Below, piece after piece: positions 27,861 through 38,192 of a DNA stretch of 64,000 bases. The notes under the pieces were generated by a model. The model was given only the letters and a program-made list of their open reading frames with translations. It was not told the origin of the DNA and searched no databases. The number at the start of each line of letters is the position of its first letter. Within the stretch, counting starts at the first letter, position 1. A program made the translations under genes and the position numbers. Origin of the DNA: Alphaproteobacteria bacterium (lineage in GTDB: Bacteria; Pseudomonadota; Alphaproteobacteria; UBA7887); NCBI GenBank assembly GCA_965201155.1, contig OZ241752.1:1452761-1516760 (forward strand), in the 5' to 3' direction.

Positions 27861-29138
27861 TTACCTCACTTCCCCGAACGGCAGGAACGGCACCATATCC
27901 CCTGCTTCAACGCGAGTTGTTTCTTCCGGCAATTCGACCAACCCGTCGGCAGCAGCGGCTACCGAAAGTATACCCGCTCCTTGCGGGCCGGCACGATGCG
28001 CTACCGGTACCTTTGCGCCGCGGTCAAGGCGACAGCGGACAAATTCCCGGCGCCCGGGCTTCTTGTTCATGGAAAATCCGGCGCGCACCGGAAACAGCGC
28101 CGGTTCAACTTCGGTGGCGCCTGCCAGGCGCAGCACCAGCGGACGCGCCACACGCAGGAAGGTCACCAGCGCCGCTACCGGATTGCCGGGCAGCCCCACA
28201 TAGGGGACCGGACGCCGCGCAGCATCCACATGCCCCAAGGCTAATGGACGGCCGGGCTTGATGGCCAATCGCCAGAACGTCACGGCGCCCAGCGCCTTCA
28301 TCGTCGCAGTGACATGGTCTTCCGCGCCCGTCGACACGCCGCCGGAACTCATCAGCAGGTCGTGTGCCGCCGCGGCCCGCGCCAAAGCGCTGCGCAGGCT
28401 GTAGGGATTGTCAGGCAAAATGCCAAGATCAGCGACCTTGCAACCGAGGCCGGACAAGAGCGCGGCCAGCATATAGCGATTGGCGTCATAGATGGCGCCC
28501 GGAGGCAGGGACGCACCCGGGTCACACACTTCATCGCCGGTGGAGAAGAGGGCCACGGAGAGCGGTGTACGCACGGGGAGCGCGGTGCGCCCGACCGACG
28601 CGGCGAGGCCCAGGTCTTCAGCGCGCAGGCGGCGCCCGGCTTCAATTACGCGCGAGCCGGCTGTAACGTCTTCCCCGGCGAGCCGCTGATTTGCGCCGCG
28701 CGCCAACCCCGACGGTACCACGACGCGGTCGCCTCGGACTGTGCAATCTTCCTGCATGAAAACCGTATCAGGCCCCTGGCCGTTGCGGTTGCGCGGCAAC
28801 ATGGCGCCGGTGAATACGCGCAGCGCCGAGCCACGCGGGGGCGGCATGTCCATAGGTCGTCCGGCGGCAACGGTGCCGACCACCGGCAACATGGTCGGTG
28901 AATCTTCCAGAAGATCGTCGAAATACACCGCATAGCCGTCGACGGCGGCGTTATCGTGCAGCGGCACGTTACGGTCTGAACGGAGCGGTGCCGCAAGCAC
29001 GCGGCCGAGACCGGCCATGAGAGGTGTTGACTCTATCCCCGCCACCGGTCGCACGCGCTCGTCGATGAGGCGCAGCGCTTCGGTCAGCGCCAAAGGCGCG
29101 TTTGCGTCAGTATGATGATCGTTTCCCAGCTGTGTCAT
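27861..29138 (-). CDS. moeA: Molybdopterin molybdotransferase
   Basis: NAAVDGYAV, FSTGDEV, SSGGVSTG, IKPGRP, LPGNPV. Confidence 0.95.
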   Translation of the reverse strand: MTQLGNDHHTDANAPLALTEALRLIDERVRPVAGIESTPLMAGLGRVLAAPLRSDRNVPLHDNAAVDGYAVYFDDLLEDSPTMLPVVGTVAAGRPMDMPPPRGSALRVFTGAMLPRNRNGQGPDTVFMQEDCTVRGDRVVVPSGLARGANQRLAGEDVTAGSRVIEAGRRLRAEDLGLAASVGRTALPVRTPLSVALFSTGDEVCDPGASLPPGAIYDANRYMLAALLSGLGCKVADLGILPDNPYSLRSALARAAAAHDLLMSSGGVSTGAEDHVTATMKALGAVTFWRLAIKPGRPLALGHVDAARRPVPYVGLPGNPVAALVTFLRVARPLVLRLAGATEVEPALFPVRAGFSMNKKPGRREFVRCRLDRGAKVPVAHRAGPQGAGILSVAAAADGLVELPEETTRVEAGDMVPFLPFGEVR

Positions 29139-29644
29139 GGCTTTCGCGCCCCGAGGCAGCAATGGCCGATGATGAATTCTGCAATGGCCGCGGTGTCCGC
29201 AAGGTCGAGCCAGGCGCCGGCGCGTGACGGCGCCGGATAATCGGCGGCGACAGCGACCACGCTGGTATCGTCAGGATACAGGGGAGGACCGTTGGCCGCG
29301 GCTCGGCGCACTTCGATCTTGTCATGGCGTTCGCGCTTGAAACCTTCCACCAAAACTAGGTCCACGGGCGCGAGGCGGGACAGAAGGTCCGGCAACGCTG
29401 CTTCCGGCGCATGGCGTAATTCACGTATCAACGCCCAGCGGCGAGCGGAGGAAACCAGGACTTCCACGGCGCCAGCGACGCGGTGGGTGTGTGAGTCCTT
29501 GCCGGGTCGGTCAATGTCAAAATCGTGGTGCGCATGTTTGATTGTCGAGACTGCGAGGCCGCGCGCGGTAAGCACCGGCAAGAGCCGTGCCACGAGGTCG
29601 GTTTTGCCGGCCCCGTGCCAGCCGGCCACGCCCATGACTTTCAC
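29135..29644 (-). CDS. mobB: Molybdopterin-guanine dinucleotide biosynthesis protein B
   Basis: GWHGAGKT, IKHAHHDFDIDRPGKDS, LVEGFK. Confidence 0.94.
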   Translation of the reverse strand: MKVMGVAGWHGAGKTDLVARLLPVLTARGLAVSTIKHAHHDFDIDRPGKDSHTHRVAGAVEVLVSSARRWALIRELRHAPEAALPDLLSRLAPVDLVLVEGFKRERHDKIEVRRAAANGPPLYPDDTSVVAVAADYPAPSRAGAWLDLADTAAIAEFIIGHCCLGARKP

Positions 29645-29654
29645 GCGGCGCACT

Positions 29655-30230
29655 TCATGGCGGCGGCGCCTCGCCGCGGGCGAGGCGCACAAGCGCCGGA
29701 CGAAAATACCCCGCGGCGGTAACCACGCTCAAGACCGCCGCCAACCACAGCAGAGCCGCACCGATATTTGCCACCTGCGCCGGCGGCATACCGATGCTGC
29801 CCGCTACGCCGGCAGCCAACAACAAGGCCAGCGCGCTCATCTGACAAGCAGTTTTCACTTTCGCCAACCGCGATACGGTAACGCGGACGCCATGGCGTGC
29901 CATTTCTTCCCGCAAGGCGGAGACCAGAATCTCGCGGCACAAGATGATCGCCACGGCCAGTGTCGGGGCGCGCCCGTCGACGGCGAGCAACACCAGCACG
30001 GCAGCAACCAGAAGTTTGTCCGCTACCGGGTCCAGAAACTGGCCGAACGGTGTGGCGCAGCCGCTGCGCCGCGCCAGCCACCCATCGAGAAAATCGGTGA
30101 CAGAAGCGGCGGCGAACAGGAGCAATACCAGCCATGGGCCGAGCGGCGGCGGTACGTAAAACGCAGCCGCAACAAAGGGTATCGCGGCAATGCGCGACAG
30201 AGTGAGAAGGTTGGGCAAAGTCCACGGCAT
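29655..30230 (-). CDS. pgsA: CDP-diacylglycerol--glycerol-3-phosphate 3-phosphatidyltransferase
   Basis: PNLLTLSR, TDFLDGWLAR, FLDPVADKLLV; follows uvrC. Confidence 0.95.
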   Translation of the reverse strand: MPWTLPNLLTLSRIAAIPFVAAAFYVPPPLGPWLVLLLFAAASVTDFLDGWLARRSGCATPFGQFLDPVADKLLVAAVLVLLAVDGRAPTLAVAIILCREILVSALREEMARHGVRVTVSRLAKVKTACQMSALALLLAAGVAGSIGMPPAQVANIGAALLWLAAVLSVVTAAGYFRPALVRLARGEAPPP

Positions 30231-30307
30231 GAACTCAAGCGGCCACGGCCGCACTGCGAACCGCAGGTGAGTGGCGACGGGCGGCGTTCGGCGCGAGCGG
30301 CATGGCT

Positions 30308-32188
30308 TCATCCACCGTGGAAGTGGTTGTAAACAGTGCGCGCCACTTGTTTGCTGATTCCCTCTACCTTTTCAAGGTCCTTGAGACCGGCCTGGGCGAC
30401 TCCGCGAGCGGAGCCGAAGCGGTGCAGCAAGGCGCGTTTGCGGCGCGGACCGACGCCGGCGATGTCATCCAACGTTGACCGGGTCACCGCGCGGGCACGA
30501 CGCGCGCGATGGCCGCCGATAGCAAAGCGGTGCGCTTCATCTCGCAGGCGCTGCAAAAAATAGCTTACCGGACTGTTGGCAGGCACGACGAACGGTGCCC
30601 GCCCCGGCAAGTGGATATGTTCCCGCCCGGCATTGCGGTCCGGCCCCTTGGCAATGGCCGCTACGCACAGGCCGCGGCCGGCTTCTATTCCCAGATCAGC
30701 CAACACCTCGAGCGCACTTGACAATTGCCCGGCGCCGCCGTCGAGCAGCACAAGGTCCGGCCACGCGCCAGTTTCGTTCTCCTGCGTCTCGCGCTGCAAC
30801 CGTGTGAAACGCCGCCTCAGCACCTCGCGCATCATGGCGTAATCATCGCCGGAGCTATTGGTGCGAATGTTGAATTTGCGCCAAGCGTTTCGGATCAGCC
30901 CTTCAGGCCCGGCAACGACCATCGCGCCAACAGCGCGAGTACCGGAAATATGGCTGTTATCGTAGGTCTCGATGCGCCGGGGCGGGGAATCAAGACCGAA
31001 TAGTTCAGCCACGCCCTCAAGCAAGCGCCGTTGCGACGCGCTTTCTGCCATGCGCCGCGCGAGCGCCTCGCGCGCATTGGCCAGCGCCTGCTCCATCAGC
31101 CGCCGCTTGTCGCCGCGCTGCGGCACTGCCACTTCGACGCGCCGTGCGGCGTTGAGGCCCAGCGCTTCGGCGATCAGCGCTTGTCCTTCGACAGCGTGGC
31201 TTAGCAGTACAAGGCGCGGCGCCTTGCGGCCGTCATAGAACTGGGCGACGAATGCTGCCAATACGCGCGCCGGGTCGTCATCACGCGCATGGGTCGGAAA
31301 GTGCGCCCGATTACCGTAATTGCGCCCATCGCGGAAGAAAAACACCTGGATGCAGGTGTGTCCGCCCTCCTGATGCGCGGCAATGATATCGGTTTCTCCT
31401 AGTCTTTCGACATTGATGTCCTGACGCGCCTGCACCTGTGCGAGCGCGCGAATGCGGTCGCGCAGCACGGCGGCAGTCTCAAATTCCAGGGCGTCGCTGG
31501 CTCGCTGCATCTGGTTCGCCATCGCGTCCTGCACTACCTGGCTGCGCCCGGCCAGGAAATCCCGCGCCTGCGCGACGATCTCGCCATAATCGTCGGTGCC
31601 GGCGATGCCAACACAAGGCGCGCAGCAACGCTTGATCTGATATTGCAGGCAGGGGCGGGTACGATTGGCGAAAACGCCATCCGAACAGGTGCGCAGCGGA
31701 AATGCGCGTTGCAACGCATGCAGTGTGCGGTTGACAGCGCCGGCGGAAGCGAAAGGGCCGAAATAGCGCCCAGGCCGGTTGCGCGCGCCGCGATGCTTGA
31801 TCAGCATCGGCCAAAGGTCCTGTTCGGTCAACAGAATGTAGGGATGTGACTTGTCGTCGCGCAGAATGATATTGAAATGGGGGCGCAGGCGCTTGATCAG
31901 ATTCGCTTCCAACAGCAGCGCTTCCGCTTCCGTGTGGGTCGTGATGATCTCGACCCCGACGGTTTCGGCGATCATGCGGGCAATGCGCAAGGGATGGCGC
32001 ATGAGATTGGCGTAGGATGCCACGCGCTTGCGCAGGCTACGCGCCTTGCCAACATAGAGGACGTTGCCGTGGTCGTCGAGCATGCGATAGACGCCGGGGC
32101 TCAACGGCAGTTGGGGCAGCGCTGAACGGATGGCTGCGGCGCCGCGCTGCGGCACGTTTTCCGTCTGGACCTTCGGCACTTCTGGCAT
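30308..32188 (-). CDS. uvrC: Excinuclease ABC subunit C
   Basis: PGVYRM, YVGKARSLRKRV, YDNSHISG, LRDEAHRFAI, HhH; start approximate. Confidence 0.97.
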   Translation of the reverse strand: MPEVPKVQTENVPQRGAAAIRSALPQLPLSPGVYRMLDDHGNVLYVGKARSLRKRVASYANLMRHPLRIARMIAETVGVEIITTHTEAEALLLEANLIKRLRPHFNIILRDDKSHPYILLTEQDLWPMLIKHRGARNRPGRYFGPFASAGAVNRTLHALQRAFPLRTCSDGVFANRTRPCLQYQIKRCCAPCVGIAGTDDYGEIVAQARDFLAGRSQVVQDAMANQMQRASDALEFETAAVLRDRIRALAQVQARQDINVERLGETDIIAAHQEGGHTCIQVFFFRDGRNYGNRAHFPTHARDDDPARVLAAFVAQFYDGRKAPRLVLLSHAVEGQALIAEALGLNAARRVEVAVPQRGDKRRLMEQALANAREALARRMAESASQRRLLEGVAELFGLDSPPRRIETYDNSHISGTRAVGAMVVAGPEGLIRNAWRKFNIRTNSSGDDYAMMREVLRRRFTRLQRETQENETGAWPDLVLLDGGAGQLSSALEVLADLGIEAGRGLCVAAIAKGPDRNAGREHIHLPGRAPFVVPANSPVSYFLQRLRDEAHRFAIGGHRARRARAVTRSTLDDIAGVGPRRKRALLHRFGSARGVAQAGLKDLEKVEGISKQVARTVYNHFHGG

Positions 32189-32255
32189 GGGTGCACTATC
32201 GCCGTCTGCCAACCCGCGGTCAACGCGCGCCAGATGCAATGTGCCGGGCGGCGCG

Positions 32256-33437
32256 CTACGCCGTCAGATGTGCAACCACGGAATCGAGGCAGTGGCGCCC
32301 CGCTGTCGTAACGCGTAAACCCTCGGAATCCAGTGTCACGAGACCGGCAGCGGTCAATGCCGCGACTCGCCGTGAGTCGAGCACTTCCTCCGGCGGCTTA
32401 CCGAGACGCTGCAGAAATGCGTGACGGGGTATACCATCCGTCAGACGGAGCCCCATAAGCAGCATTTCATCGCGCCGAGCCGTAGAGTCGAGCCGTTGAC
32501 AGCGACGCTGCCCGTGCCCGCAGCGCTGTACCGCGCCCAACCAGCGCGCGGGTGCAGGGTGGGTTTCAGTCGCCCACAACGCACCGCCAACGGTGATGCG
32601 TCCATGCGCACCGGGGCCGATGCCAGCATAGTCGTTATACCGCCAGCAGGCCAGATTGTGGCGCGATTCAGCCCCCGCCCGCGCATGATTGGAAATTTCG
32701 TAAGCCGGCATGCCGGCGGCGTCGAGTATGCTCTGCGTTTCTTCGAACAGGGCGGCTTGCAAATCCTCGGAGGGCATGGCGAAAGCACCCTGACGCGCGG
32801 CGGCGTAGAAGGGCGTGCCCTTTTCTATGGTCAGTTGATATACCGACAGATGATCGCGCGTATAACGCAGCGCACGTGACAATTCTGCCCGCCAGGCAGC
32901 CACGCACTGGTCCGGGCGGGCATAGATCAGATCGAACGAGTAGCGTGAAAACAGCTGTGCCGCACGACTGACGACGTCCAGTGCAGCGGCAGTGTCGTGC
33001 TGGCGGCCCAGGAAACGCAAGGCGGCGTCGTCGAGCGCCTGCACGCCCAACGAGACGCGGTTGACACCGGCGGCAGCCATGTCAGCAAGCACCGTCGTTT
33101 CGGCCGATGTCGGATTGGTCTCCAGGGTGATTTCAACATGCTCGGACAGCGACCAGCGAGCGGCTATGCGGTTGAGAAGCGCTGCCACCGTCGCCGGGGG
33201 CATAAGCGACGGTGTGCCGCCGCCGAAAAACACGCTGGAAATCATGCGTCCGGGGAGCAGATCGGCATTATGGTCGAGCTCGGATAGCAGTGCGCGGCAC
33301 CATGCCGACTGATCGATTGCGGCGGCAGCGACATGGCTGTTGAAGTCGCAATAGGGGCATTTCGACAGGCAGAACGGCCAATGCACGTAAACCGCCAACT
33401 GGGTCGGCGGCGTCAGCGCCTGTTCAGGCGTGGGCAA
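32256..33437 (-). CDS. hemW: Radical SAM heme chaperone
   Basis: [31 protein letters not shown]. Confidence 0.93.
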   Translation of the reverse strand: MPTPEQALTPPTQLAVYVHWPFCLSKCPYCDFNSHVAAAAIDQSAWCRALLSELDHNADLLPGRMISSVFFGGGTPSLMPPATVAALLNRIAARWSLSEHVEITLETNPTSAETTVLADMAAAGVNRVSLGVQALDDAALRFLGRQHDTAAALDVVSRAAQLFSRYSFDLIYARPDQCVAAWRAELSRALRYTRDHLSVYQLTIEKGTPFYAAARQGAFAMPSEDLQAALFEETQSILDAAGMPAYEISNHARAGAESRHNLACWRYNDYAGIGPGAHGRITVGGALWATETHPAPARWLGAVQRCGHGQRRCQRLDSTARRDEMLLMGLRLTDGIPRHAFLQRLGKPPEEVLDSRRVAALTAAGLVTLDSEGLRVTTAGRHCLDSVVAHLTA

Positions 33438-34029
33438 GGCATGCCGCCTTCAATGCCGCAAAGGCGGCGGCACGGTGGCTGATGCGGTCCTTCTCTGCGG
33501 GGTGCATTTCGCCGAACGTCTGCGCGCTGCCGTGCGGGATGAATAGCGGATCGTAACCGAAGCCCCGCACACCGCGCGGGGGGAATATCAAGGTGCCGTG
33601 CACACTTCCTTCGAAATGGTCACAATGGCCGTCTGGCCACGCCAGCGCCAGAACGCAGATGAAATGCGCCGCCGGTCGGGCATGACCGGTGAGCTTGCGT
33701 TCCAGAAGTGCCATGGCAACGCCAAAGTCTCGCTCCGGCCCGGCCCAGCGTGCCGAATGGATGCCCGGCGCGCCGTCAAGCGCAGGAACCACCAAGCCGG
33801 AATCATCAGCGAGCGCTGGCAAACCAGCCCGATTTGCGGCTGCCCGCGCCTTCAGTTCTGCATTGGCAGAAAAAGTTGCGCCGGTCTCTTCCGGTTCCGG
33901 CAAGCCAAGGGCCGCGGCTGACTCGACGTTTAGCGCCCATGGCGCCAGCAATTCAGCAAGTTCGGCAACCTTGCCGGCGTTGTGGCTCGCAATGACGAGC
34001 CGCCCCGGTTCAAGAGGCCGTGCCGTCAC
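33424..34029 (-). CDS. rdgB: dITP/XTP pyrophosphatase
   Basis: [25 protein letters not shown]. Confidence 0.95.
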   Translation of the reverse strand: MTARPLEPGRLVIASHNAGKVAELAELLAPWALNVESAAALGLPEPEETGATFSANAELKARAAANRAGLPALADDSGLVVPALDGAPGIHSARWAGPERDFGVAMALLERKLTGHARPAAHFICVLALAWPDGHCDHFEGSVHGTLIFPPRGVRGFGYDPLFIPHGSAQTFGEMHPAEKDRISHRAAAFAALKAACLAHA

Positions 34030-34756
34030 GCCGTCGAATCTCTGCGGCTATGGCGTCGCGCTGGCGCTCGCACAGGCCACGCACGCCCGCTTCTGCGAGA
34101 GTCAGCAGTTCGTCAAACCGGGCGCGGGAAAACGGCGCCAGTTCCGCAGTTGCCTGCACTTCCACCAGCGCATCGGAGTCAGTGATGACGAAATTGGCGT
34201 CGGCGTCGGCGTTCGAATCCTCTGCATAGTCGAGGTCCAGTACTGCCTTGCCGCCGCAGATACCGCAAGAGACGGCCGCCACCTGCCCGACTAGCGGGAT
34301 CTCCTTGATCAAGCGGTTGCGCACCAGATAGTCGAACGCGAGATGGAGTGCCACATGGCTGCCGGTAATTGCGGCTGTGCGGGTGCCGCCGTCCGCCTGG
34401 ATAACATCGCAGTCGATGCGGATCTGGCGTTCGCCGAATCCATCAAGTCGGGTGACGGCTCGGAGTGCCCGGCCGATCAAGCGCTGGATTTCATGGGTAC
34501 GACCAGATTGGCGTCCGCGCGCCGCTTCGCGGTCGGTGCGCGAATGAGTGGAGCGCGGCAACATGCCATATTCGGCTGTCACCCAGCCGCGCCCGGAATG
34601 GCGCAAAAAGGCCGGCACACGGTCTTCGACTGTGGCCGCGCACAGCACATGAGTATCACCGAACCGCACAAGGCAGGAGCCTTCGGCATGCTTACTGACG
34701 CCGGGTTCCAGCGTCACCTCGCGCATCTGGTCAAATGCGCGGCCGGAAGGCCGCAT
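34010..34756 (-). CDS. rph: Ribonuclease PH
   Basis: [40 protein letters not shown]. Confidence 0.97.
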   Translation of the reverse strand: MRPSGRAFDQMREVTLEPGVSKHAEGSCLVRFGDTHVLCAATVEDRVPAFLRHSGRGWVTAEYGMLPRSTHSRTDREAARGRQSGRTHEIQRLIGRALRAVTRLDGFGERQIRIDCDVIQADGGTRTAAITGSHVALHLAFDYLVRNRLIKEIPLVGQVAAVSCGICGGKAVLDLDYAEDSNADADANFVITDSDALVEVQATAELAPFSRARFDELLTLAEAGVRGLCERQRDAIAAEIRRRDGTAS

Positions 34757-34833
34757 GGCCGCTTTCAGACCGGCCAAGGCCGATAGGCCCTGAAATCGCT
34801 GCCGTGGGCGCCGTTGTTCTGGCACAGGTGTTT

Positions 34834-35044
34834 CCGAAACTGGTTGCCGGTGGGCGACCCTATGCGACGAGGCTGCCCGCGTCCACTGTCGCGGCAGTTC
34901 CCATTATCAGCGTTCTCGGAGCACGGTCCGCCGAGTGGGTTCCTCGTGTTCTGCCGTCGCCGCGGGTTCGGCCACCAAGGACTACCACACACGCAGGCAG
35001 TTTGAGCACAGGCGAAGGGACGACACCACATTTCGGCAGCGCTC
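34834..35044 (-). ncRNA. Candidate ~200-nt structured RNA or long leader upstream of rph
   Basis: Four nested helices found by eye, with G-U pairs on the minus strand; CTATAT -10-like hexamer at 35050-35055; no convincing ORF. Confidence 0.4.
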
Positions 35045-35372
35045 CCCACATATAGCAAGTTGTAAAATCAACCTGATTTTCGTTCAGACATAACTGAACA
35101 CCATCGAAATTCTATCTTTTTACAGCAATTCATCGCCAACATTGGTGATGGAATCAGAGATCAATGCGTGAGAGCGTGAAGTCCACTAGCGATACAGTGA
35201 GGCGGTTCGAATCAATCAACTTCTCCCGTTGGAAACCTTGTTTCCTCGCTGCCCAAGTTTCGTTCATATTCTCGTATTACCATATTTTTCCGCATGTTAT
35301 GGAAGTTGACATGAGCCTGTTTATCTCACTTGGAGTTTACGATATAGGAAAATAATTCGATATTGTGAATCT

Positions 35373-36599
35373 TTGAACCTGGCGGAGGGTGGTATGCACC
35401 CATCGATTCTCGCCTTGGCCTGTCCCGTTGTGCTTTGCACCACTGGCGCCTGGATCGCCGTCTTGTTCCCTGACGTCGCCTGGGCAGAAACATGGCGTGG
35501 CTTGCCAATAATGTCCAATGAGCCCTGCTCCGCTGATCATCGCAAAAGCGATTATCGCTGTGGTTCCTCCGCCTTGGAATCGGAAATTTTGCGCCAGCCG
35601 GGAGCGGTTTACGGCCCTTACACGGGAACTTGCTTGCTGCCTGCAGTGAACGCCGACGATGAGCACGTTATTGCCACGGGCGAGGCGCATGATTTCGGCC
35701 TGTACGATCCGGACCACGTTTCCGACTTGCGGAGATTCGCCGGTGACATTCGTAATCTGACACTCGCCGCGGCCCAGTGGTTTCCGGCGCGCGACCGCTG
35801 CGGATTCGCGCACTGCGTAGTGGAAGTGCGCGAGGCCCGGAACCGAACCATTGACCGGCGTGTGTCAGTTGTCCCTGAAGGAATTCTCTCGCGCTGTGAA
35901 AGTACCGCGCGAGAACCTTTTGTCTGTGACATCAACGAGTACACGTTGACGCAAGATGGGGCTGCTCCGACAGCGACGCTCGCGAACACGATTACCGGCA
36001 GGCCTCGAGTGGTCGACGGCGACAGCCTCAAGATCGCCCGTGAGCGGATTCGCCTGTCCGGGATCGACGCTCCCGAAGAGCGGCAGTCCTGCACCGACAA
36101 CGAAGGCGCTTCTTATGCGTGCGGCGTGGTAGCGCGGCGTGCACTGTTCAACCGCATCAACGGCGCTGCCGTGCGCTGCGCAGGAAGCCAACGCGACAGA
36201 TATGATCGTTTGCTGGCAGTCTGCTACGCCGCCGACGGAGAAGACCTCAATGGCTGGATGGTGCGCAACGGTCATGCATTGGCGTATCAACAATATTCCT
36301 TGCGTTACGCCGATGATGAAGCGGTCGCGCAGGAGAGGCGCCTGGGTATTCATGCCGGCCGTTTCATACCTCCCTGGAATTGGCGGCGTGGCGCGCGGTC
36401 CGGCGTTGGGAATGTGGCGGATGACGGCGGTTCCTGCCGCATCAAGGGTAATATCAGTGGTAATACCCGGCAGCGTATCTATCACCTGCCGGGCGGCAGA
36501 TATTACGAGCAAACCACCATCTCGCCTGCCCGCGGCGAACGCTGGTTTTGCACCGAGGAGGAAGCACGTGCCGCTGGCTGGCGGCGTGCTTGGCGTTGA
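35373..36599 (+). CDS. Secreted nuclease fusion: degenerate DUF1524/HNH-like N-domain + thermonuclease (SNase) + C-terminal IKGNIS domain
   Basis: VVDGDSL, IRLSGIDAPE, DRYDRLLA, LNGWMVRNGHA; CRIKGNIS...IYHLPG...WFCTEEEARAAGWR; N-terminal EHVIA...NLTLA; start uncertain. Confidence 0.8.
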   Translation: MNLAEGGMHPSILALACPVVLCTTGAWIAVLFPDVAWAETWRGLPIMSNEPCSADHRKSDYRCGSSALESEILRQPGAVYGPYTGTCLLPAVNADDEHVIATGEAHDFGLYDPDHVSDLRRFAGDIRNLTLAAAQWFPARDRCGFAHCVVEVREARNRTIDRRVSVVPEGILSRCESTAREPFVCDINEYTLTQDGAAPTATLANTITGRPRVVDGDSLKIARERIRLSGIDAPEERQSCTDNEGASYACGVVARRALFNRINGAAVRCAGSQRDRYDRLLAVCYAADGEDLNGWMVRNGHALAYQQYSLRYADDEAVAQERRLGIHAGRFIPPWNWRRGARSGVGNVADDGGSCRIKGNISGNTRQRIYHLPGGRYYEQTTISPARGERWFCTEEEARAAGWRRAWR

Positions 36600-36715
36600 A
36601 TCGTGGCTCGATGCGAGGTTTCGCATGGTTTCCGCCGCGGTCGAGACGCCGTGCGTTGACCGGAATCGCGCCTGCGCGTAGCCTGTTCCGGAGAGCGCAC
36701 CGGAATTTTCGTGAC

Positions 36716-38125
36716 ATGGCGGGATTTGGACCCTTGATTTCCAAGGTTGCGCGTTGGCTCATGCTGACTTGCGTGTGTGTTTGGGAGCTGTCGGCATCGG
36801 CTGCCCATGCGCAAGGGATATCTCTGATACGCGATTCAGAGATCGAAACCACACTGCGCCTCTGGTCTGAACCCGTTTTCGCGGCAGCGCGCCTCGACTC
36901 CGATGCAGTGCGGATCTTGCTTGTCAATGACCCGGGTCTCAACGCTTTTGTCGCCGGTGGGCAGAACATCTTTCTTAATACTGGGCTGTTGCAAGCGGCG
37001 GAGTCGCCAAGCCAGGTGCTGGGTGTCGTCGCGCACGAAACCGGCCATATCGCTGGTGGCCATCTTGCGCGCATGGGAGAGGCCGGACGTGTAGCGCGGA
37101 ACACCAGTCTGTTGGCTACGGTTCTCGGGATCGGCCTGATCGCCCTCGGCGCGGCCACAGGCGCAGCCAATACCGGGCAGGCGGGCGGCGCGGTAATCGT
37201 CGGCGGCCAGTCTGCGGGCATACGCACGCTGCTGGCCTATACGCGCGCGCAGGAGCGCGCGGCTGACCAGGCAGCGCTTACCTATCTTGAGCGAGCGCAG
37301 ATGTCTGCAGTCGGCTTGCTGGAGTTTCTGCGCAAGCTTCGAGGCCAGGAATTGCTGGTTGTGGACCGGCAGGACCCCTATGTGCGCAGCCACCCGCTGA
37401 CCGAGGACAGGGTCGAGTTCATTGCCGAACATGTCGCCAATTCCGAGTTTTCCAGCGTTGCGGACACGCCGGAGGATGTAGCGCGGCATGCTCGCATGCG
37501 AGCTAAGCTGGTGGGATTTCTCGACCGCCCGCACCGCGTTTTGCGGACGCATTATCCAGAGTCCGACCAGTCCTTGCCGGCGCGCTATGCCCGTGCCATT
37601 GCCCACATGCGCCTGCCCGATCTGCCGCAATCACTGAATGAGATGGACAGCCTTCTGGCGGAATACCCCGACGATCCGTATTTTCTCGAACTCAAGGGGC
37701 AGATCCTGTTTGAGAACGGCCGCATTGCTGCCTCGGTGCCTTATTATCAGGCGGCGGTGGACCGGTTGCCCGAAGACGCACTGTTGCTCGCCGGCCTCGG
37801 GCGCGCACAGGTGGAAACGGGCGATCCGGCGCTCCTGCGTGCCGCCGTCGACAATCTCGAGGCGGCACGCCGCCTGGACCGGGAAAACGCCTTTACCTGG
37901 CGCTCCCTGGCAACAGCCTATCACGGGCTTGGCGATGCCGGACGGTCTTCGCTGTCTACCGGAGAATACGCCCTATTGACCGGCCAGGCGCAAAGTGCGC
38001 TGTTGCACGCCGAACGGGCGGAACGTCATTTTCCGGAAGATTCGCGCGGCTGGCTGCAAGCGCAGGACATAAGGAACCAGGCGGAACAGATCCTGGAGTT
38101 GCAGGCACGACTGGGCCGTCGGTGA
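36716..38125 (+). CDS. M48 family metalloprotease with TPR (BepA-like)
   Basis: LIRDSEIE, NAFVAGG, AHETGH, ERAAD, SHPL; start approximate. Confidence 0.92.
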   Translation: MAGFGPLISKVARWLMLTCVCVWELSASAAHAQGISLIRDSEIETTLRLWSEPVFAAARLDSDAVRILLVNDPGLNAFVAGGQNIFLNTGLLQAAESPSQVLGVVAHETGHIAGGHLARMGEAGRVARNTSLLATVLGIGLIALGAATGAANTGQAGGAVIVGGQSAGIRTLLAYTRAQERAADQAALTYLERAQMSAVGLLEFLRKLRGQELLVVDRQDPYVRSHPLTEDRVEFIAEHVANSEFSSVADTPEDVARHARMRAKLVGFLDRPHRVLRTHYPESDQSLPARYARAIAHMRLPDLPQSLNEMDSLLAEYPDDPYFLELKGQILFENGRIAASVPYYQAAVDRLPEDALLLAGLGRAQVETGDPALLRAAVDNLEAARRLDRENAFTWRSLATAYHGLGDAGRSSLSTGEYALLTGQAQSALLHAERAERHFPEDSRGWLQAQDIRNQAEQILELQARLGRR

Positions 38126-38192
38126 GAGCATCCGGCGGACCGGGGTTTAATCGGGCCGACGCGCGCCGACCAAGCGGATTTCATGCAACTAC

